DNA from: Candidatus Methylomirabilia bacterium
GTDB lineage: Bacteria; Methylomirabilota; Methylomirabilia; Rokubacteriales; CSP1-6
Assembly (NCBI GenBank): GCA_041492755.1
Contig: JBGPXN010000132.1
Coordinates: 1 to 12,889, forward strand
Direction: 5' to 3'
Length of the DNA stretch: 12,889 nucleotides
The notes below the pieces were generated by a model. The model saw nothing but the letters and a program-made list of their open reading frames with translations, was not told the DNA's origin and searched no databases. Of this stretch, positions 8,252-12,889 are shown piece after piece; the first letter of the stretch is position 1; the number at the start of each line of letters is the position of its first letter. The position numbers were made by a program, and so were the translations under genes.

Positions 8252-8369
8252 CATCAACCCGTTACCGGGTATCTCAGGCTCGGCAGTTGGCTTCCGCGCG
8301 GGTGGCGGCAGCTACATGGAGAGCCCTTCAGATGTAGCGCGCCTGGTCTCAGTATCGAAAGTCCGGCCG

Positions 8370-9143
8370 TCAGCCATGGCCGTTGAGTAGCGACACGAAC
8401 TGCTGACGCTGCGACCAGAGCAAGGGCTGGATCTCATAAGCTCGGAGCGCGCCAATGCTGTCATCGTTCGGAGGCCGCAAAGTGTCATTGATGATCGCAA
8501 CAGCTCCAAGGGCGTCCGTTCTGAGCGCGCGGACATCATTGACAGCAAAGGCGAACGAAGTTGCGTTGTCCTTGTTCAGATTGTTGATTGCTCGAACAAC
8601 CCTCTGCGGTCTGTCGCCGCGGCGTGGTAGCCCAAAGTCAAACGTGTGATCGAATCCGCTCTTGCCGCTCAACTTAAAGTCAGAGAATGCCGGAATCCGA
8701 TGAGCTTCAAGGAAGAGCGCCACGTCTTCTTTGAAGAGAGACAAAACATGCTCTTCAGCCATGACAAACATGTCATTAACGGCTAGAATCGCCTGCACAA
8801 GGTTGTGTTTCTGCTGCGGAAAGTCTTCCTTCGAAGCCGTGACCGTGAGTTCATCGTCGGCAATACGGACACCAAAGCCATTTAGTATCGACTCAAGGTG
8901 GGCCCGCCGCTTTGGTGTGTTGAACTCAAGACCAGTAGCCCTCAGATCGCGAACCGTCTGCCCGTCGTCTGTAAGAACAAGATTCCCGTTCTTTCGCTCG
9001 ATGTAGATTTCAATCGCATCGTTGTGGCGGTCCAGGAATGGCGTCGAAATCTGGCATGCCTCGCCGATCTCGCTAACCTCGACTTGTTGTCGAAGCCAGC
9101 GCATATACTCGTCAATCAAACGCTCGCAGTCCGTACGACTCAT
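8370..9143 (-). CDS. DUF1828/DUF1829 domain-containing protein, 257 aa
   Basis: N-terminal 'ISTPFLDRHNDAIEIYI...LTDDGQT' (DUF1828-like) and C-terminal 'GKSGFDHTFDF' (DUF1829-like). The start is placed at ATG 9143 because it overlaps the upstream stop (ATGA). The alternative start is 9167. Confidence 0.8.
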   Translation of the reverse strand: MSRTDCERLIDEYMRWLRQQVEVSEIGEACQISTPFLDRHNDAIEIYIERKNGNLVLTDDGQTVRDLRATGLEFNTPKRRAHLESILNGFGVRIADDELTVTASKEDFPQQKHNLVQAILAVNDMFVMAEEHVLSLFKEDVALFLEAHRIPAFSDFKLSGKSGFDHTFDFGLPRRGDRPQRVVRAINNLNKDNATSFAFAVNDVRALRTDALGAVAIINDTLRPPNDDSIGALRAYEIQPLLWSQRQQFVSLLNGHG

Positions 9144-9604
9144 ACCGCCGTTTGGATTGGTGGGCATTCTTCGACCGCACAGAAGCGAAGAAACTCCTGA
9201 AGAGCGGCGATATCATCGATGACGCCGCGGAGACCCCATCCGTGAACGTCGGTAAGTAGATAGGCGATGCGATCGTCGAAACCTTCCTTGAACAAATGCA
9301 GATGCGTACCGCCCAACCACTGGCCAGGGCGATATGGTTGTCCTGGAGGGTTGCGATGGCGAGGCCCGTTTAGCTCCAATCGAGCCAGCACAATTACTTT
9401 GCGCGCCCGGGTCTGATACTTCAGACGCACGCGGTTCCGATTGCCGCGCTCAACATTCAAGAGAAACTCTTCACGGCGATCTACGGACCACAAGGTTCGC
9501 TCGAAGTCCATAGGCTCAGTGAGACGAAACTCAATAGCCGTGTGATCCACAAATCGCTTCGGGAGGGTCAGGAGTTCGTCGGCTTCAGCTTGAGCGAGTG
9601 CCAT
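9140..9604 (-). CDS. DUF6978-like uncharacterised protein, 154 aa
   Basis: 'MALAQAEADELLTLPK', 'REEFLLNVERG', 'KYQTRAR..IVLARLELNGPRHRNP', 'THLHLFKEGF' and 'LQEFLRFC' match my recollection of the small protein usually found upstream of DUF1828/1829 genes. Confidence 0.72.
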   Translation of the reverse strand: MALAQAEADELLTLPKRFVDHTAIEFRLTEPMDFERTLWSVDRREEFLLNVERGNRNRVRLKYQTRARKVIVLARLELNGPRHRNPPGQPYRPGQWLGGTHLHLFKEGFDDRIAYLLTDVHGWGLRGVIDDIAALQEFLRFCAVEECPPIQTAV

Positions 9605-9745
9605 CTCTTATCTCAGTTTGGACGCTTGCCCGCTGACACGGTCGTTAGTTTAACCCCAAGCCCCGCTAGCGGCGAACTTCCCTAGGCACGCGGCGAAACT
9701 CGCAACCGCCGCGAGAGTGCAACGTGGTTATCGGGCGAGGAACGT

Positions 9746-10452
9746 TCAGGTGGTAAGGGGGAGGGTGCGTAAAGTGCTGGTGCCGGCGAGCGCCATAGGG
9801 AGCAGGAGTTGATCGGCCAAGTGCGTGCCGACGGGGACCTCGCGGTCGGCGATCGAGACGGGTAGTCGCGCGACCAGCGGGCGAGCGTGACGGCGACGAA
9901 TCAGCCCGCGCTCGGTGAGGGCGAGCGGCGTCAGACCCGGGACGGGTGTGATGTCGATGGTAAAGCGGCCGCCGCCGGCCGGGTAGAAGCCGGGACGCTC
10001 GAGCGTTGCCGTGACGCGCCGGCCCATCCGGGCGATGAGCGGCAGGAACGCGCGGGACAGGAAGTCGAAGGACGGCGCGAAGCGGTTGTGGGTGCCGCCT
10101 TCGAGCGAGAGGCGCGACGGGGTGTCGGCCAGGAGCAGGGGCGGGAGGACGGTCTGGAGCACGAGCGTCGCGCTGCCGGCGGTGCCGACGGCGAAGTGGT
10201 GGGCGCCGGGCGGACACGTCGCGGGCGAAAGACCAGCTCGCGCGCGCCGAGTCGGTCGCCGTCCACGTCAGCTTCGCTGATCTGTGCGGCAGCCCGCACC
10301 GCCGCGAGGTGCTGGGGTAGCAGGCCCGGCTTCTCCCGGCCCGCGCGAATTCGCTGGATGCGCACGGCGGTGCCAGTGACCGCGGACAGCGCCAGCGCCG
10401 AGCGGAGGATCTGACCGCCGCCCTCTCCCCGCGCGCCGTCGATGGTCAGCAC
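9746..10452 (-). pseudogene. rtcA: RNA 3'-terminal phosphate cyclase, disrupted (frameshift, internal deletion, premature stop)
   Basis: '[20 protein letters not shown]', '[13 protein letters not shown]', then in another frame '[15 protein letters not shown]', 'GGTHN.FAPSFDF', 'GFYPAGGG' and 'HLADQLLLPMALAG'. One base is missing near 10208. Only about 235 codons remain, against roughly 340 for a typical RtcA. Confidence 0.9.
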
Positions 10453-10510
10453 GGAACGATTCCGAGCACGAACGGCGGCTCTCCCATGTCGCTATCATTT
10501 CATGCCGCCA

Positions 10511-10519
10511 TGGTATGGT
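10511..10519 (+). promoter_or_regulatory. Possible extended -10 promoter element for the CoA ligase gene
   Basis: TGgTATGGT, 14 nt upstream of ATG 10534, in the divergent intergenic region. A second -10-like TATCAT lies at 10493-10498. Confidence 0.35.
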
Positions 10520-10533
10520 GACCCACGTCTCCG

Positions 10534-12054
10534 ATGACCAACGCCGTCACCGCTTTTCTCGACGATCACGTCGCCGCCGGTGCCGGTGATCGCCCGGCGC
10601 TCCGCGGGCCCACCGGAGCGATCAGCTACCGCGACCTGTTGCAGCTCGTGAACCGTGTCGGCCACGGGTTGCGCGCGGCCGGTGTCGAGCCCGAGCAGCG
10701 CGTCGCAATCTTGTTATCGGACGGCGTGCCGTGGGTGGCGACGTTCTTCGGCGCCGTCCGCATCGGCGCGGTCGCGGTTCCGCTCAATACGCGGCTGGCG
10801 GCGGCGGACTGGGTGGCGATGTTGCGGGACAGCCGGGCGAAGGTGCTCGTCGCCGACGCCGCGCTCGCCGGCGGCATCCGCGCCGCGCTCGACGATCTTC
10901 CGCACTTGCGCGCGGTGATTGCCGTCGACGATCCGACCGTGATCAATGCGTTCCATCCGAGCATCGCCGCGGCGTCGGGCGAACTCCCGCCCGAAGCGAT
11001 GAGCACCGACGACATGGCGTTCTGGCTCTACACCTCCGGCACCACGGGAACGCCGAAAGCCGCCGTCCACCTGCATCGCGATCTCCTCGCGTGCCGTCAC
11101 TACGGCGTGGAGGTTCTCGGCGCCACCGCCGATGATCGGACGTTCGCGACCTCGAAGCTCTTCTTCGCGTACGCGCTGGGCAACGGCCTGCTCATCCCGC
11201 TCTTCGTCGGCGCGCAGACATATCTGTCGCCGGCGTGGCCGGACCCGGCGGCCGTGGCCGCGGTGGCGACGGCGTTCCGGCCCACGCTGTTCTTCTCCGT
11301 CCCGACGTTCTACGCGCGGATGCTCGCCGCCGACATTCCGGCCGACACGTTTCGCTCCCTCCGGTACGCGGTCTCCGCGGGCGAGCGTCTGCCCGAGTCG
11401 GTGTACGAGCGATGGCGCGCGCGGTTCGGCGTCGAGATCCTGGACGGGCTCGGCGCCACCGAGACCATCTATATGGTCCTCTCGAACCGTCCGGGTGCGA
11501 GCCGCCCGGGCTCCGCCGGCACACCGGTGCCCGGCACCGACGCGCGGCTGCTCGACACGGCCGGAGGCGACGTCGCGCCGGGTGAGCCCGGGGTGCTGCA
11601 CGTGCGGACGCCGTCCGCCAGTCCGCGCTACTGGAATCGCGCGGACCAGTCACGGCGGACGTTCGCCGGCGAGTGGCTCCGCACCGGCGACGTGATGACG
11701 CGCGACGCCGACGGCTTTCACTACCATTGCGGCCGAGAGGACGACCTGTTCAAGGTGGCGGGGCAGTGGGTGGCGCCGGCGGACGTGGAAGCGCTGCTCT
11801 TGTCGCATCCCGAGGTCGCCGATGCCGGCGTCGTCGGCGCCGCGGAGCGCGGCGGGCTCGTGAAGCCGTTCGCCTTCGTGGTGCCCAAAGCGGCGAACGG
11901 CGCGGCGTCGCTCGTGCAGGCGCTCGAGACGCTCGCCGCCGAGAAGCTGCCGCCGCATCAGCGCCCGCGCGCGATCCGCCTGGTGACCGAGCTGCCGCGG
12001 ACGGCGACCGGCAAGCTCCAGCGATTCCGGCTGCGCGAGCAGGTCAAGCTCTGA
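10534..12054 (+). CDS. Benzoate-CoA ligase family AMP-binding enzyme (aromatic acid-CoA ligase)
   Basis: 506 aa with P-loop 'FWLYTSGTTGTPKAAVH', 'KLFFAYALGNGL', 'SAGERLP', 'ILDGLGATE', 'GREDDLFKVAGQWVAP' and the catalytic Lys motif 'PRTATGKLQRF'. Confidence 0.92.
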   Translation: MTNAVTAFLDDHVAAGAGDRPALRGPTGAISYRDLLQLVNRVGHGLRAAGVEPEQRVAILLSDGVPWVATFFGAVRIGAVAVPLNTRLAAADWVAMLRDSRAKVLVADAALAGGIRAALDDLPHLRAVIAVDDPTVINAFHPSIAAASGELPPEAMSTDDMAFWLYTSGTTGTPKAAVHLHRDLLACRHYGVEVLGATADDRTFATSKLFFAYALGNGLLIPLFVGAQTYLSPAWPDPAAVAAVATAFRPTLFFSVPTFYARMLAADIPADTFRSLRYAVSAGERLPESVYERWRARFGVEILDGLGATETIYMVLSNRPGASRPGSAGTPVPGTDARLLDTAGGDVAPGEPGVLHVRTPSASPRYWNRADQSRRTFAGEWLRTGDVMTRDADGFHYHCGREDDLFKVAGQWVAPADVEALLLSHPEVADAGVVGAAERGGLVKPFAFVVPKAANGAASLVQALETLAAEKLPPHQRPRAIRLVTELPRTATGKLQRFRLREQVKL

Positions 12055-12057
12055 GGC

Positions 12058-12483
12058 GTGGTCAGCCACGCCGTCGAGATCACGGTCAGGTGGAGCGAGT
12101 CGGACCCGGCGGGCATCGCGTTCTACCCGCGGTTCTTCGAGTGGTACGACATCGCCTGCGGGGCGCTCTTCGAGTCGCTCGACCTGGCGTGGCCGGTCCT
12201 GTTCCCGCGGTACCGGATCGTCGGCGTGCCGATCGTCGAGTGCGGGTCGCGCTTCACCGCGCCGGTGCGCTACGGCGATACCATGCGCGTGCGCTCGACC
12301 ATCGTCTGGGTCAAGGACAAGACGTTTCGGGTCGAGCACGAGGTGAGCGTGGGTGACACGCACTGCGCGACCGGCTTCGAGGTGCGCGCGTGGGTGGCGC
12401 GGCCGGAGAGTCCCGGCGACCGGCTGCGCGCGCGCCCCATTCCACCGGAGGTGGCCGGACGACTCCGGGGAGAGACGACGTGA
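12058..12483 (+). CDS. Hotdog-fold acyl-CoA thioesterase (4-hydroxybenzoyl-CoA thioesterase/YbgC family)
   Basis: 'VRWSESDPAGIAFYPRFFEWYD' (catalytic Asp motif) and 'PIVECGSRFTAPVRYGD'. It starts 3 bp after the ligase stop. Confidence 0.9.
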   Translation: MVSHAVEITVRWSESDPAGIAFYPRFFEWYDIACGALFESLDLAWPVLFPRYRIVGVPIVECGSRFTAPVRYGDTMRVRSTIVWVKDKTFRVEHEVSVGDTHCATGFEVRAWVARPESPGDRLRARPIPPEVAGRLRGETT

Positions 12484-12484
12484 A

Positions 12485-12511
12485 CGCCGTCGCAGGTGCT
12501 CCGCGACGGCG
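12485..12511 (+). terminator. Hairpin directly after the thioesterase stop
   Basis: Perfect 9-bp stem CGCCGTCGC (12485-12493)/GCGACGGCG (12503-12511) with a 9-nt loop. There is no U-tract. Confidence 0.35.
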
Positions 12512-12518
12512 GGAACGT

Positions 12519-12641
12519 CAGGGCGCGGCCCTGGTCTTGCTGTTCAGCCTCGTAGCGAGCGGGCAGATCAAGTTGCGCAGGATCGACGGCTGGCGGAAGA
12601 TCCCTGCGGTGCTCAGCCAGCACACGGCGGTCGCGGCATGA
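12519..12641 (+). mobile_element. Remnant of an IS256-family transposase C-terminus
   Basis: Translates as 'QGAALVLLFSLVASGQIKLRRIDGWRKIPAVLSQHTAVAA*'. This resembles the C-terminal 'LxASGQIxxRxxDGW...AA*' tail I recall from one subgroup of IS256 transposases. The rest of the transposase is absent. Confidence 0.65.
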
Positions 12642-12643
12642 TC

Positions 12644-12889
12644 ATGATACGGGCCGCGCTCACCGTCGCGCTCGCCCTTGGCCTTCTCGTCACGCCGCTC
12701 ACCGCCGAGACGCAGCAGCTGCAGAAGGTTGGGCGGCTCGGTGTTCTAACGGGCGGTGTTCTAACGGGCCTATCTCTCGAAGGCTCGCCTCGCGCCTATG
12801 CGCTGCGCCAAGGGCTGAGTGATCTCGGCTACCTTGAGGGCCAGAACATCGTGATCGAGTGGCGAGGGGCGGCGGGGAGGGTGGAACGC
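12644..12889 (+). CDS. ABC transporter substrate-binding protein (ABC_sub_bind family), N-terminal part, runs off the window end (start 12644 or 12638)
   Basis: Manual translation gives MIRAALTVALALGLLVTPLTAETQQLQKVGRLGVLTGGVLTGLSLEGSPRAYALRQGLSDLGYLEGQNIVIEWRGAAGRVER. This is a signal peptide plus the family motif 'RQGL.DLGY.EGQNIVIEWR'. Confidence 0.85.
   Translation, partial: MIRAALTVALALGLLVTPLTAETQQLQKVGRLGVLTGGVLTGLSLEGSPRAYALRQGLSDLGYLEGQNIVIEWRGAAGRVER
12739..12769 (+). repeat. Perfect 15-bp tandem duplication (CGGTGTTCTAACGGG x2)
   Basis: Copies at 12739-12753 and 12754-12768. In frame, giving GVLTG-GVLTG. Confidence 0.95.

Larger units (their letters stand above)
8252..9665. mobile_element. 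Low-GC accessory island, probably horizontally acquired; no mobility gene visible
   Basis: Hand counts of 60-nt lines: 32/60 GC at 8521, 29/60 at 8701 and 29/60 at 9241, versus 46/60 at 4801. Boundaries are approximate. Confidence 0.6.

Noticed and set aside
8311..8338. 7-bp inverted repeat GCTACAT/ATGTAGC between the convergent genes
   Set aside because: The stem is short, the loop is 14 nt and there is no U-tract. It is too weak to call as a terminator or an element end.
9640..9660. GTTAAAC on the - strand upstream of the island genes, as a possible integron core site
   Set aside because: I found no matching RYYYAAC...GTTRRRY attC hairpin downstream of the pair, and there is no integrase in the window.
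10200..10215. Programmed frameshift in rtcA
   Set aside because: There is no slippery sequence, and the further deletion and lost catalytic motif mean recoding would not restore an active enzyme.
1..12889. CRISPR arrays, tRNA or rRNA genes
   Set aside because: I saw no regularly spaced repeats and no tRNA/rRNA signatures. Intergenic gaps are short.

Overview
This is a GC-rich (roughly 70%) bacterial window. The extragenic hairpin style and the binding-protein family at the right edge suggest Candidatus Rokubacteria/Methylomirabilota, but that is only an inference. On the + strand, left to right: a tripartite tricarboxylate transporter (tctB-tctA-tctC), a thiolase-fold protein lacking the catalytic Cys paired with a DUF35 Zn-ribbon/OB-fold partner, a HAD hydrolase, a complete cobalt-type nitrile hydratase operon (beta-alpha-accessory) and a NUDIX hydrolase. 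A low-GC (about 50-55% in sampled lines) island on the - strand carries two translationally coupled uncharacterised genes (DUF6978-like and DUF1828/DUF1829-like) directly downstream of a disrupted rtcA. After that come a benzoate-CoA-ligase-family gene, a hotdog thioesterase, a short IS256-like transposase remnant and the start of an ABC substrate-binding protein gene. The best candidate for an undescribed system is the DUF6978 + DUF1828/1829 module (possible defence or toxin-antitoxin system). The second is the transporter + non-canonical thiolase/DUF35 + nitrile hydratase catabolic cluster. Family assignments come from motif recognition by eye, not from database searches.
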